NCBI GenBank assembly: GCA_977030845.1
Contig: OZ365114.1
Coordinates: 21,266,001 to 21,330,000, forward strand
Reading direction: 5' to 3'
Source: Fimbriosthenelais zetlandica
Taxonomy: Eukaryota
Length of the DNA: 64,000 bases
In this document: piece by piece, positions 41,901-57,039 of the stretch
Position numbering within the stretch: position 1 is the stretch's first letter
Layout of the letters: each line of letters begins with the position of its first letter
The notes under the pieces: model-generated
The model's input: only the letters and a program-made list of their open reading frames with translations
What the model was told of the DNA's origin: nothing
Database searches by the model: none
Translations under genes and position numbers: made by a program

Positions 41901-44900
41901 ATAGACTTTGTGCCACTTTCTTGGAACTGAATGATCCACTCAGCACTTAGTCTATATTAGTTTATTAGTTTCGGCCGTGGCCACATGGCTGCAGGCCTGT
42001 GCCCTCCACATCCCATGCATGAATGGATTATGATCAATATTAACTCTTTAGAACTTAAACTACGATCAACTCATCTTACATACTGGCACTCATAAATAGA
42101 TCATCTCTACTTATGAAAATAGAGCATCTTTTCATGCGTTTATGAATTGATTCGGTGCATGATTGCCATCATAGATAACATTGAGCAGAATTTGCCATCA
42201 TTGCCAGATGACACACGCCACAGATCTATTTGTATGAGCCATCCTCTTGTTAGCCTTAAACAGAACAAACTACTGCCTATTATTCCTAGGACAAAGGCAT
42301 TTCTACTGATATGTTTTTAACTGAATCATCAGCAATAAACGCAAGGCAGTAAACTTGTGCATGCGTGCGCTGTCCGCACCCTTGAATAGACGAGCTGCGG
42401 GACTATTTAACATGTTTGCCATACATTTAGATAGGAATGACAACGCAAAATCCAACTCTGTCACAATCAGGCCAAATAGGTCTCTATTATGTCATAGGCA
42501 GTTGATAATGTGGAGATGTGGAGGTTTGACAGAAGCGATTGAGGCGCTGGTAATGAATGGCCATTTCAAGCTTTTGTCTGTACTGGTGGCGTAAACAAAA
42601 CCAGGATGTGTTTGTATGGAGTGGAATGCCTCCACTCAGGATATGGATGATGATCCGAACAATGATGATCCAAATACACACCCTCCAGCTGCTCATGCAA
42701 TTGGGCTATTGTTGACAAAAGATGTTAAAAAAAATACTGGCAAAATGGGTGTCTATAGAAAGTTCCATATCAAAGGATTCAGACATCAATTGAAATTGTC
42801 ATCTAGGCTTAGATTTTCATAGAATTTGAAGAGTGGAGATATATTATGTTGCTCCTCTACTATCAAATTCATGGTCTAACTCTGCTGTCTACAGTACATT
42901 CTATAAGGAGAGGCTGCAGAGAATTCCAAGTTGAATGGGAGACATGGCATACACAAGGAAAGTGATAGAAGATAATATTGGGTCTATTCACTTCAAAATT
43001 ATTATGTACTGTACAAAATAATATCTTGAAGTGCTACTATGGGAAAAGGAATTTTGAAAATGAAATTAATACACGTCTTATTAGATGTCATCGGGCTATG
43101 TGTGTATGTGTATAACGGTGCATGTGTGTGTCATGTCAAGGACAGGTGCAGTTACACATGGCTACCCTCAAAACCACTACAATATCCTTCATAACCTTTA
43201 TACCTCCATCTCTCCCTGAGAACCTCTACAAGGACACCGTGAACCCCACCAACCACACTCTTACAGTTACCGTTAAACCAAAACTATATATTTTATATAG
43301 TTCAATAGAAATAAAAGGCGCCGAAAATTCCAAGCGGTCATCATTATTTAGCAAAGAGCTCTTGGAGCGTGAATTGAGCTGAATATATTTGACAGTTTAC
43401 GATATTTGATTCAGGATATTTACTCAAATGTCACATAATTTATTACACTTTTAATAGCTGGAATATTCCACTTCTAATTGCTCTCGTGCAATTGCTTTAG
43501 GTATCATGAGGAATCTAACGATTACCAAGCTCAAGCTTGTTATAAGAGCACTTGGTCCATTGCCAGTATCCAAACAGATGATGTTTGGAGGAGTCTCATC
43601 TCCAAGAGTCATTAGTGATCACCGGGAAATGGAAATGCCAATAATTCCATCCCCCTAAGTAGACACTACCGTGCCTGGAGTAACTGGTTAAAATGTTGAT
43701 AGCAGTTTCCTAAACCGTAGTTTTATGTGGTTCATTAAAAGGCACATTATTCTTGTTCAAATGGGAAGAGGTCTCATTCAGTTTAAGATTGCTAATTATG
43801 AACCGTACTTTGCCAGAAAAGAAGCCTGCTTAAGTCCACAAAGGACTCTCTTAAGTGGCCGCTCTTCAATCGTGGCCATAATACCAGGGCTTAGTATTGA
43901 ATCAATCTTGAGTCTGTGCTTACCATGTGCTATTGTCTTTAAGATAAATGTTCATGGCTAGACAAGTGTAGTGAAAGGATTCCTTTAAGTCCTCCTGCAG
44001 ACAGAGATATTACAGCGGCTATTAGCTGTGGATGCCGGTCAGAAATGACCACCAGAGATGGCGTTGACCGCTTGGACCTAATGACCTACCGCTGTCAGGC
44101 AGCAGTGGGTGGTCAGCTCGAGGGTCGCTAATGGAGCGCTCATTCTGCAGCCTAATCTAGTAACATGATGTCATCTTGGGGGATGATGTCTGGATTAGCT
44201 GGCCTGGATTATAGCTTGACCACCCACCTTCTAGTGGCCGTTAATTCAGAGCTAGAGTGACCATTACCTGGTTTTATCTCCTCTTTATCTCCTCCAGAGG
44301 TCAGCTTGCCTCTGGTTTATGGCTTATAGAACTTTGGGAGTTCGTGTTAGTGGGCTGAGATGGGAAAGTGCAAGCACATTATGAAGAGCCTTTCAAGCTT
44401 CAACCTTGAGATTATCATCCTTCAATACATTTGAGATAAAATCTCAGTCTAAATCTGGCGATTGCTTTCAGTATAATCCTATCTATAAGTCTTTCTTCAC
44501 AACTAAAAGATTCCACCAATATTTTAAACGTTGACAATGAGTCAGGCTTTGGATATAGCAGTTCTCCAATCCTGATCCAAAAGACCATTTCCATACTACT
44601 CACATTTGTTGCCTTGCTCACAGTATCATTTCCATATACTACTATGTAGGGAAACTTATATAATTATGCTTGTTTTAACCGCAAATTTGGGAAAGGAAAG
44701 ATGCAAACACATAGAAAATCTGCGCATAAATTGGTAACTAACCATATGCATGATCAGAAGTACAAAAGCCTGTAGGTCTAAATGTATTTTAGGCGATTTT
44801 ATGGATGAATAATATTCATAATAATTGATATTGGGGGCAAATAAGGCCTAATGCACCGAGATATGCATTTAAATCATTATAATTGATATATAATTATCTT

Positions 44901-47900
44901 CTAGTTGTCTTCTAACTCAGTATCATTTGTTCCGATTAGTAATTGGACATTTGTCTCCTATCACTTATTGAATGAGCCGTGATTATTATGTACTAATTGC
45001 CCATGATTTTACGTAGATATATGAGGTAAAATTTGACTATGTCAATATTATTACCAGCGGCTGCGAATGTGTCATATACCTGTGGACTGCATGTCACTAT
45101 ATTGGAGGACCCAGACCACCCGTGCATCACTAATGACACAGCTGATCAGGCTCGCCAACATGCATTTAGATAATTAGTATGTATTTGTCAGCAATGTGCC
45201 CCCCATTATTACTGCTGGCCTCTGGCGGCCTGTCTGTGCCACTAATGCGGTCGGTGCCAGGTTCAGGTATAGCATCGCCTCAGCCTCGTCCGTTTGACGT
45301 GTCAGCCCATGTCGCCTCTAATGGACAGATCCCTATCATCCCACCCATACATAGACCGCCAGCCATATAAATATCTCATCTTAGTCAACAGATAGCAATT
45401 ATCAAATTAACTCAGACAAAAGACATTAATTAATGCACCTGGGAAGTATGGGTGTGTTCCAGGCATGTTTAAATGGCGTGGTGTATTGGTAAGTATTAAG
45501 TATTGGGTGAAGATGGGTTTAGACATGGCTTTTGTACTCCGTCAGTAACATGTTGGGAGGCATGAATTGTGTAAAGCATGGTTTGGGTATCATGTCATGT
45601 CGGCTTTATCTCATATTGATATCATGATATATTATGATTGTCGTACAATCAAAGCATTGTTCCTTGAGCAGCTTATCAGCTTCCATATCTTGAAGTAATC
45701 ATGGTCTTAATTGGCTGCCTCATTTTTTGCCATGCCAACGAGGATAGAATGAGGCAGTTAGTGGACAAAATGTTACATACATACGTACATAAAAAAGCGT
45801 CACAAATGAGTGCTATATCATGATAATCTTTGCCGTATTCTTGCATCATATGGCATACGGAATTTTCATGTCTTTTCCACATTTTCTGTATAATATGCAA
45901 CTAAAGCATGGATTCGCCAATGCATTATCCGACCTATTATATCTAGATATTTTAGATTTATTGTAAGAAGAATTTTTTGACACAAAAAAACATGGATTTT
46001 AGCCGTTCTTTCATGGAAAATCAAGTGTGTTTGGACTGATTGCCCCCTGTGTAATAGAGAAGAAGTGATGTTACTGTCTGTTTTAGGACCTTGTAAATTA
46101 TCATGAGCTGTGACCATGCTCCTTTGTGGTTGATAGTGGAGATGAGTGGGTGGGCAGGGTGGTTTCCCTCCACACAATTGTCCAGCTCGTTAGTCCTGAG
46201 TGCCTTCCTACAATGACCCCCATTCTCTCTCCCCCTAATCAAAATTCCCACTAATTTTATGTGCAAATATATCTTAATTAATCCAAATAAAGAACGAAGT
46301 CCTGGAATCCTGAAGTCAACTCCCGCTGGTCAAGTTTGTAGGTCGGAGTATCCTCCGTTTTGTGGAAAATTTATGAATTTTGCACATAAAAACGGTTGGG
46401 ATTTCTCAATGGCCGCCACTTGAGAGGTAAGCCTTGCTGAAACCGGATGCAGACCAGGGGGATTAGCGGAGGGAGGGGCAGTGGAACAGGGAACAGCTGG
46501 GTTAAGGTCTCACTGCGGTAAGTCACCAGCTTAGTGGGATTAGCTGCCTCTTGAGAAGACCCCCAGGGGAAGAGGACCCTAAGGGGTGTAACCATCAATG
46601 TCTCATCACACTGAATGACCCATCACCAGCTATTGTCACCAAGCACCATTACCATGGGAACAAGCTAATTTACATATTGATATACATGTAGGCTGAGAGG
46701 CGGATGTGGCGGACCATTAATTGCTGGCCTCCTCCTCCTTTGCCTCCTGATGACTGATCTGCCCTCTGGGGTAAAGATTTCCCCCGGTTTTAAGGTTCCA
46801 ATCTGGCTGGTTAAACTGGACATTGTTATCTTTAACAAGGATTACTCAGGCAAATATGTCATAGGGAATGGCAGGTCAATGTCACAAATTGAAAAACGTA
46901 TCCCTCTATGAAATTCATAAAGTTCTATCGAAGTGGATACATTTGCAAAATGATAAAGCCATGCCACTTGAACATGTGTTAAAGTTCAGTCATCGCGTGA
47001 GAGAGAAACTTTATGAAGTTTTTAATGAAAAATATCCACTAGTTTGGTTTGATTTCCCAAGTTGTGTTATCTGTAAGAGTTATCAGAAGGGCACTGTGCA
47101 ATTTAATGCGGATTAAAGTTCATGTTACCTTATTCCATCCAATCCCCATGGCTCTGTAAGATCAGCCATTTTCCCTCTGGCCCCGGCCACATTAATCTCT
47201 GCATGGTGGAGTCTGATGAATCCCTATGATGTAGTGTGAACGGTGGGTACAGTTCCTTTCCTAAGGTCATTGCCGGGCCCAGCCAATAAAACTCGCTTAC
47301 ACTGGGTAACTTAAAGCCACCATAGAGCACAAGATGGATGGCAGAGACGGTAACAAAAGCCTGTATTCTACCCAGAGACAATTGCTTATTTCGGGCCCTG
47401 CTGACTTACAAAGTATCCACGCCGCACCACTATTGAAGGCTCAGACCCCAAAGTCCTGCACGGACTCTGCTTTCAAATTTGTTTCATTGTTACGTGAAGA
47501 ATGCCTGTAAACTAGGCGCGCCTTGCGAGGGCCAACTCGCACCGATTGGTGTCAGGTTGTTGTGGCAAGGTGTCAATTTCTTCTCATTAATTTTGATCGC
47601 AGCGAGTGGATGTGTGGAGCTGATATGTAGAGGCGTGCACCGAGGTGGCCGTTTTAATTTGCCCCATCCCTGATCCGCGCCTGCTAATAAATCACCACGC
47701 CAGCTTCTCACCGCCCCTCCGAAAACCATCAACGCATCATAACTCTACCCTCAGTGATGGTGAAGACACCCCATGGTATTTAATCCTACCAACTTATTAT
47801 AGTCCCAGATTGGATGCTTACATTCCATATTCGTCAAGGTCAACCACATGCTAGCAAGGACTCTTTCCTAAAAGTTCCAATCATAACAATTTTCGGGGTA

Positions 47901-50900
47901 AAAATAACCCGTGCTATAGTTTATTCAAGATCAACAGCAATCTTACTGCGTCCTCAGAATGATCTGTAAAGTAATATTTGAGGTTGATGGACCGTTTTCA
48001 CAACATATATGAACATGTAAGCAGTCTTTCATGCAATACATTCATTGGGATTTTCCGTTTTGTATTGCCTTTCCTTCTGGGTACCCATACACCCATATAG
48101 CGCGGTCCATTGTGCGAGTTCAGTGCATGTCCATCCCTCTCCCTCCTGCTGAGTCCTTTGCCCGAGGGCTGTCAGCGATCTTTTTGTCCCTTTACCCACC
48201 TCCTCCCATCCAGCCACATAAAAGATCGGCGGGAATCCCTCATTAAGACAAGAAACAAAAGATGGCAAGAATAGGTGTTTGCTTGGCGGCTGTCATCTTT
48301 CCCCGTCGATCCCCCACCTAGGTGGTATTCAGCCACACCGCGGGCCCACGTTGTGGCGAATTCATGGGAGACAACTAATAAATTGCCAGCGTTTAACATG
48401 GATAACCCCTGTGGTGCAGAGAGGGAGACAGATAGGTCCATGTCAAGCTCATTCCAACTGTGGGAGGAGCCCAGCTTGCTTTCTCTTTTTTCTCTCACAT
48501 GGTGGGGCTGTCATTAGGTTTAATAGATCTGGCACACACCGGGGACCACCTAGTTGCTTGTCAAAATTAATTTTTGTCTGTGAATAATAATGGCCTGGGG
48601 AACAAGAGCCGTTGCCTCGATGGGCCTAAATGAAGTTGTGAGATACTGCCATGGAGGTCGACCGCATGGCTCGGGTTCCAAAGATAATGCTCAACACTTG
48701 ACTTTCATGGCAAAAAGAGGAATACAAAGAAAATGAGAACCTCAATATTGACATAGGTTTTTGTTTGGTGATAGCTTTTCTGTCTTGCCTCTGATATTAT
48801 ATCGCTCTTCCCGAGTTTATTAGGGAAGCATTTTCCATCTGTGGGGAGAATTTCGTTAGAATTTGTATCTTTATTGCATGGAGAAATGATATGATGAGAC
48901 CGTGTATGGTCACTCTGACATTGGTTATTCCTTCATGCTGCCCATGTATGGAAGGAACCGTCAGCAGTTCACAGACCCACAAAACACCTGTCACATCAAA
49001 GAAGCTCTGGACATGTAGTAAATGTCCATCACCTAAATCTACATCTGAAAACTTATAACAATTGCTTGTGAAACCAAACATGCTGAGCTCAATAATAGAG
49101 CTCCGTTAGAGCCGCCAAGAGGTTCATGTCTGACAATTGAATAGGAACCAGTTAGCGGCCGAGATTATATATATCCCCACCCTGTCACCTTAACTTAACC
49201 AACTGTAAAATGTTTAAACACACATGCATCATCCCCCCTACCGTTAAAATGTATATACCCCCTCCACACAACAGAGTTTGACATACGCTGAAATCTCAGT
49301 TATCTCCAAATCTCGCCCTGCACGATATTCTGCGAGATGAGAACAATTGGTGAGCTCGGCCAGAGGTCGCGGGGAGCGCCTGTGATGTGCTGACCCCGCT
49401 AAGGCCCTGTCATGGTGCCTTTTAACCATTGCATGTGCCACTGTCTGACAGAAGAGGCGTTTAAATCTGTTGGAAAGCATCCAGAGATTGGTTCTGATTT
49501 TTTTATGTGTTCTGCAATAATGGTGGAAGGTCGCGCGATGTGTTTTTGTATGTGCCAGGTCTATGTCATTGGTGTGTGAATGTGTAGAGACGTACACGCA
49601 GACAACTGAACTTTAGGCTACACATGCCAAAAACTCTGACACAACCGTCTGTCCTGTCTCTAGGACTAAGGGCTTGAAGTGATGGCAACTTCACTGTTCT
49701 AAACAGAGACTATACTTAGTATAGTATAGGATCGTTGTTCTATGCATAACATGGTCTGCAAAAAAGGCAATGTCGTCAGCCATATACGTACTTAAAAATA
49801 GCAAGGTACTCTTATGATAAACCTGTTTCTAACAGTACCGAATCCAAGATTTGGAACTGAACTCCTCTATGGACATATTGGTTCAAAAAGTAATAGCTGC
49901 TGCAGAGCACCAAAGAACAAAAAGCCTTTTGATGGCCTACGTGTGCCGTAGTGTTGGCATCACAATATGGTCGGAAGCCCACACCAACGACTGCCTTCAA
50001 TGCCTCCATAGAAATAAGCAGATTTTTTTTTGCCCACTGCAGATAATCTTACACAAAACATGTGTGCATCGAAAAACTATGAAATCGGAGATAGAAATTG
50101 AATGTTATGCTCACTTGTGTATAAAACCTGATATGATGCTTTGCCCCATTGTCTCTCAACATATCAATCGCTACTCATATTCTAAACGTTTCGATTGTTA
50201 TCATTCTGTGTTGAATAATGGAGCTGAAATGGTTACTTGTCACCCTATCATTAAGTTAGTTTTACAGGGAGATAAACATTTGACACGATGATATTCGAGC
50301 CTTGTTTATCTCCACTCTCTCTACTCTCATCTCTGATGATATATATGCAGAGGAATATATCTGAAGATCTCAGGTAATCCATCATCGGGTGATCAGTCAT
50401 ATTTTTAAACATAATCTCCACATATTGACTTAATCTCTTCATGAGGTCATCTAAGGTAACTGGGAATTTCATCGTTTCTATTCTGTAAAAGTGTGTGAGT
50501 GCTCGAAGCGCTGTTATCAAGACATGCAAATCTGCACCAGGGTCACACATTACCCCATCCTTTAATACCTATATGAGCGATTAACTTTAATTTCAAGCAA
50601 GTATTTTATATCTTCATCAGTATTTTACCGACCATTGGGAATCCAAAAAAAAATTATCTTTATCTTGCATTATAAATTAGCATAAAATCCCTATCCTTGA
50701 CATATCAACGACTGATAACATCTCAATTCCAGTATTGCACAATCACCTGCTGTAATATATCTTAGCAATTTTTAAAGTTTTTTGTTCTCAGTCAAGCGGA
50801 GCGAACACAAAAAGTGTACCTGAAAAGAGAGGGTGGCGAGGTAGTTATCCCCGAGTTGTACTCATCTTTCATAATCCGCTTGTCACCCCTCTAAGCTTGC

Positions 50901-53900
50901 CAAATTCTGGATAATTGGCCCGGCTCGCTGTCCCATCCTGTTCTGGTCCACTGACGTGGAACTGATATTAATACGCATTTAATCTGCATTGGTAGGTAGG
51001 CAACCATTTCCTGCCATATGGTGACCGACTACACCTGGTGCTCCCCCCTCTCTACCTTAGGTTACCTGGTAACTTGTGGTAAATCACAGGTCACAATTAG
51101 CCAACTCTCCATTAGGCTTCAACGGCAGCACGTGTTGCAAGGATAGATTAAGTCATTTCCTTGACAACGACCGCTTTGAACATAAGAACGTCTGACGTCA
51201 GGCCTCTCTTTAACGTTCTCGGTGGATTGCATGTCACATACGAATATAATAGCATCATACCTTGGTTAAATTTTACAGTTAGTTATCTTATAAAATATAT
51301 TAATGTCCTTAAAATAATTAGTTTATCAGTTAATATAAATTTGAGATATTTATTGTTATACTAAAAATGGAGAAATTTCTATGGCGGATTGTGTGTAGAT
51401 TGATGACGCAGATGCCTTTTTGCCTCACAATCCATTTGAATTTCTTTGAGAAATCCTGGAATCACACATCGCAAACAATAAATGACACGCCTTTTATTGG
51501 TATGTTTTATAGCCTTATCAATGTTTCACACTTATTTGTTCCATTTGACTCGAGGGAATGACTTTATCATAATGAGCAATTGAATCTGGTGTCACTTTCT
51601 CAAGGGAAGAACGTCATTTAGTCGCTCTATGTGTGAGGCCCAACAATGGACCAGTTTCAATAAAGGCCGATACCTCCTTTCACTCATTGTTACCATCTTG
51701 TATGGTGATGAGTTGTTCCTATTGCAGCCTTCCACAAGTCCAACCATAGCCGTATAATTGCTGTGTACAGACCTTCCTAAATGCTAAATTGTATTATGGC
51801 TGAAGCAACAGATCTATTACAAGTGTTGCCAAAGGGAAGGCCTTTAGGTGTTGGACAAATCGCTCCACAAAAGAGCTGTTGTTGAGGAGTATAAAAACGG
51901 GTATAATTATCATGTCCCGCTGGTTGATGCTTCAGAATTGTAACCCTCTACTATAGAATATTTGTGAAGAGCGCCACATTGTTACTTTCCTGGCCTTTCT
52001 TTGTTGTAGTCTGTTTTGGGTGCATCCCCTCCATGTGAGGCATTATAATAATATTGTTATATGCTACCATGGGTGTCTGTGTGCTTCCAGACTTGGGCGA
52101 TTGGTAATGAGAGAATAATGTCATTTCTACAATGGAGTTTTCCTCGCCATTATACCATTTAGTAGCATTGTGGCCAGAGTTTATACTCCTTTATAGAAAG
52201 TAACCACACTTTACAGCTGTGTGGTGATGTGGTGTCTGGTTCTGGCTGAGGTATAAAAAGTGGCAAAGTATGGAAGGAAAACCGCCACAGTACTCACTGT
52301 TGCATTAGGATCCAATTTTTGGACCGTCTCTCGATTAGGGGCCAACTGCTAGACACGCAGGGCTTCATCCGGCACAAAAATATGCAATTTTTATGTTGCT
52401 GGGTTTTAGACAATGCGCTACGGAAGCACACGGAGGTCAGGCTCAATTTGTGGCAGTAATTGGTTCAACGATAAACACCCCAACTCGCACGAATCATGCA
52501 ACCATTAAACATTGCGAAAATGCGGAGAGAGCACACATCACATCCATTGTTGTACAAACAAGGGGCATCAACACATCGACATAGGCTTTTACATGCGCAA
52601 ACCGAGTGGAAATGGATCATCAGTATTTGTTTTCTATATTTTTCGATGTCAAACCTTTTTTGTACCAAGTTGCCTAATAGGAATGAAAATTGAAAAGTTT
52701 ATCGATAGGGAAAGGTGAATGAATGTATGGCGATCAGTCTTCTGGTAGCGGTGGGTTTGATGTATACCGGTGGATTGCGAGAGTGGGCAAAACAATGGGT
52801 CTCCACACTTGGTGGTTCCACTCATGGGACACAATGAAGCCCCCATTGTGGAGGGACTTTTATCCAAAGTGGATGTTAAAACCATATAATATGCCATTTA
52901 CCAGGAACTGGGCCTGTAACAGGTGAACAATCCCCCTGGAAAAACGCACGCGCAGGCTCGCTTCAGACAACGAAAGCCATCAAGCCTGACAGTAGACCAG
53001 AAAAGCACATTAAAACGAACACAATGTGTGAATGGTGGTGGGGACATACGTCAAAAGATGGGGAATAAATGTGCACAATTATGACGATTGGATATAGCGG
53101 GTTCACTGAATGCTGCCATACATGATAGATGATCATTCTCTTACTTGATTGTGTTTCTTCATGACCAATTAAGACCTGTCACTTTGAATCCATCTAAGCA
53201 TTAATTTTCTTGATGCACTTGACCAGTTTTGGTAAATGTATGCAGTTTTGAATCACTGCATGCATTAGATAATTGTGCCCAATCTCCTAAATTACATTCA
53301 CACATATGTCACACTTTTGACCTGTTAGCTATTCTAATACTTTTCCTTGCTGGAATTATTAGTCCAAAGTCCAGGTATGTTATTGTGCTTTCAGGACCAT
53401 TCTTCCCATGCAAGAGCAGAATGTCGAAGTAATGCTCAAGTTGGGCATTCCCTGCTCATGCGATCTACTGAGCCATAAACTATTGAATACATTTTGCCCG
53501 TAGCCCATTAAGACGTGTCCCATTAATCTGATGGTTTGATCAGAGGCGAGCAGTGGTTGAGGAAGCATTATGATCTTTCCTGTTCTTTCTCTGCCGGGCT
53601 ATAGGGAGAGAATAGGTTCACACCTCCATCAAGGCATCCGTCTTCAGGAAGGGGCGGCGAGGCGGGCTCGCGTGAGCCTTCACCACTCATGTTCTCCTAA
53701 TGGCCAGGGGTTAAAGCAATAATTGCTGGGGAGCAAACTTTTATGGGTCATAGCATTGCCCCATCACATTCAGGGGATGGACTTAGGAAATGCAAAGTGA
53801 CATGTTGCCAGTTTGAGTCAGCTAATGCAGGTTGACAATGGTATAATTTCTCCCTGATATATAATGGCCATTACCACCGCCTTTGTTGCTAAAACATAAG

Positions 53901-56900
53901 TCCAACTATTTGGAGAGCTTATGTATCAAGAACAAGAGGGAGTAGGAAACCAACTGGGCCTGATTGCATGACTGCTTTGGATAGAACACCAACCTTCTTG
54001 ATTTGCTTTTTCTTGAGGAAGAAATAAATGAGTTAAATGAGTCCTTCTGAGAACGTGTAACTTAGAGGGTTTTATGTATTTGTGGATGTTCTAGGTATGA
54101 AGGTTGTTATTGACCTTGTTCTAATCTAACTGTGCAGGCATGGGAGGATACTGGGGAAGCCACCTGGTAATTAACCTACCTCCTATCAACAACCTGATAT
54201 AAGGCCTGTGCATTTCTTGCTTGGACGATGTCAGCGATTCGCGACTATTCTCAGAGGAACCATTGGCGTCGTTGTAGCGACTGTGAACGGCTTGTTTTGG
54301 TGAGAGATAAGGGACGGCTGGGTGCCGGGATCGCCATGATTGGTGACCAACATCCCGCCTGGAGTAGCTCAGACCGAGAGCTGCTCAGTGAAGCGCAAAG
54401 GATTGTGTGGCAAAACAGTTCCAACGCAACACTGATCTGGGCTTTATCAGGTGAAACAAACGGGTGGGGAGCATTGCAAGGGGACAGGCAGGTTTTAGGC
54501 TTGCATTATCATTGCTGGGTGTAGTCAAGCAGAAGTGATGTGAGGTGGGAATGGGTACATAGAATGTCTATGCTCAGCCACGTGTCTCTGCCCTCATCGC
54601 TGGATGGACAGTGTACACCCCCACCGCCCTGGCCACTACACCCCCACCACTGCCGGTCTCACTGCGTCTGCATCGCCTAGCCCACGACCATCGCTATTGT
54701 TCATGGGTTCAGAGGGACACAGGGCATGGAGTGTGCCATACACATTATGCCTGTCACTGGCAATGTGTCTTGGTGTCAATTTCACCTGGTCTCCCCCCGA
54801 CTAGAAGAGAACAAGGTCATGGGGCCATCCCGTAACATCCATCAAGACCGCCCATCACAAATGACACTTTTTGTTTCCTGCATCAAGACAAATTACATCA
54901 AGTTTGCCGGCGAAAGCTTGAGAGTCCTCATCAGAAGCACTAGAAAACTCATTTAGTGGTGGCCAGTTAAACCACTAGCAGGGCTTCGAGTGCTCCTTCC
55001 CTCCCTCAGCCTCCCAGAGAATGGTGCGATAAAATGAGAATACCCCCACCATCAATGTGATATTCTCTTGTCCTCATCAAAACATCAGCCATGCTCATTA
55101 AACATTGACAAATTAAAGGAGATAAAATAACTCCAACACCACTATCAAATTATTCCAGAAAAATTGCACCTCATTGAAGCCGTATTGGTGTAAATGGGAG
55201 AATTGTAGAGTGGAAAGCCATGCCATCAGTCCCGTATGAAAGGCACTTAGGCTCTGATCTGCCAAGGTGGCTGTTGTGTTTACAATTACCTAATGCCAAC
55301 GCTAATAGAGACAAATTCCTTTATGGCATCCAATAATTAACAGCGTGCCGTGAATTAGCCCATGAATGTATCTCTGCATCCCCTGAAAACAATCGTTGTT
55401 GCCGATTTCATTCTGGATATTAATGAGCTCTGCGGAGGCCATGGTATAGAATTTGGAGAGCAGAGTTATTTCATAACACTTGCGACGAATGGGAGGAAAG
55501 CAGCTGGTGCGGAAATTTGTCGAGACACCTGTAATAAGATGAGATCAGGCTCATTGTGGTTAGGATGCGTTTATTATTCTCGCTCCCTCCTGTCACAAAG
55601 TGGTCGCCCATTCGCTACACTCGCTGTGCCTGTTTTTAACCCATTTTACACGGCTTTGGCAGGGCGCAGCAGTTTTTGAAACCAAATGGCTGCTTGAAAT
55701 GTGAAATTGCCTCATCTTTTGTCCCTCTGTTATCGTGGATCAATTCTACATTGCTCTTTCTTTCGCATTAAGTTTGGACTGGGAGACTGGGTGTTATTCT
55801 TTCATTAGGAGTGTGGGGAGGTTCCTAACTCCTTAATAAGGCAGCGAGGATGCATGCTTGCGTTATTGATCCGATAGAAAGAATACAAACTAGAGAGATC
55901 CAACTAATTACATGTATTATTTTCTTTATCCGCAATAAAGTTAGTACTTTCTGCAAGTACATGCAGTACATATTATATATTTACTGTATTTCATCTGATT
56001 ATTTCATACATCCAATTTTACTGTTCATAAATTTAAAAAAAGAACAGGAATGTATTTTTTCGTCAAATATTTTAACTACAGGGATTAAAAACCTTTTTGT
56101 AGAATTTTCTTTATAGTATCATCTGTTCTGGACTCGCAACTTGGGAAAAGTTTCAATTGACGTAGATCCTGGAGTTCTATATTTATTTAATCCCCTGCGA
56201 ATCAGTCATGTCTGCGGGACCTCATGATATAGTGGGGAATGGCAGTCTATGCGATAATGTTTAAGACCAAAACAGGACTTTTACAGCTGAATGTTATCAA
56301 CGTCTCCCACAAACGGCGACTTAGCTCTCATCTCGGCTGATCCTCTCTCCCCCTCTCTCACTCGCCGCTCTCCGCTGCTGGATTCCACCGTGGCTTCTGA
56401 AGCCAGCGTGCCCAGTGAGAAAGCCAGTGATTGCCAAGCCCTGTGCTTCTCTCCACATCCCCCTTCTTTCCCTTCACTCCTGTTGACAGTCGGCCAGCGT
56501 CCATAGTCAACTTTGCTGGCGAGTTGTTCCACGCCAAACTTGGTGTGATTGGTGCAAGATGGGCTTAAGTTGAGTGAATAAGTTGGAGAGAGATGGGATT
56601 AGGCTGATGAGTCGGGCAGGCCTGCCTCCTGGCACGTTCCAGGCTTCAGCCTTCCTTCTCCTGACCAGCCTGGGATAGAGAGTAGAAAGAGAAGGTCTTT
56701 GTCCTCACATTACAAACACTGTGGCGGCCTGGTCGTGAAGGTCCCCTGAGGAATCAGGAGGGCAGATGGACTGGCGGTCACTGTGGCACGGACCTGTCCC
56801 CCACCACCTCACACTTGCCCTCCTCTGCTTCCAAGCTGATTTGCTGGTATTATTTGATGAGATCTCTTGGCGATTTTTCCTCCCATCCTCCTGTAGCCCG

Positions 56901-57039
56901 CTTTATTTTCGATGCAAGAGCACGACCAGGCAAGCTAACCTATTACCTCCGTTGACCGTCAGGCTCATGGGCTCTTGACCCATGGTCAGGGCGATATTTT
57001 GTTTAATTAACAGGTCAGGTTAGGATACAAAATTGTTTT

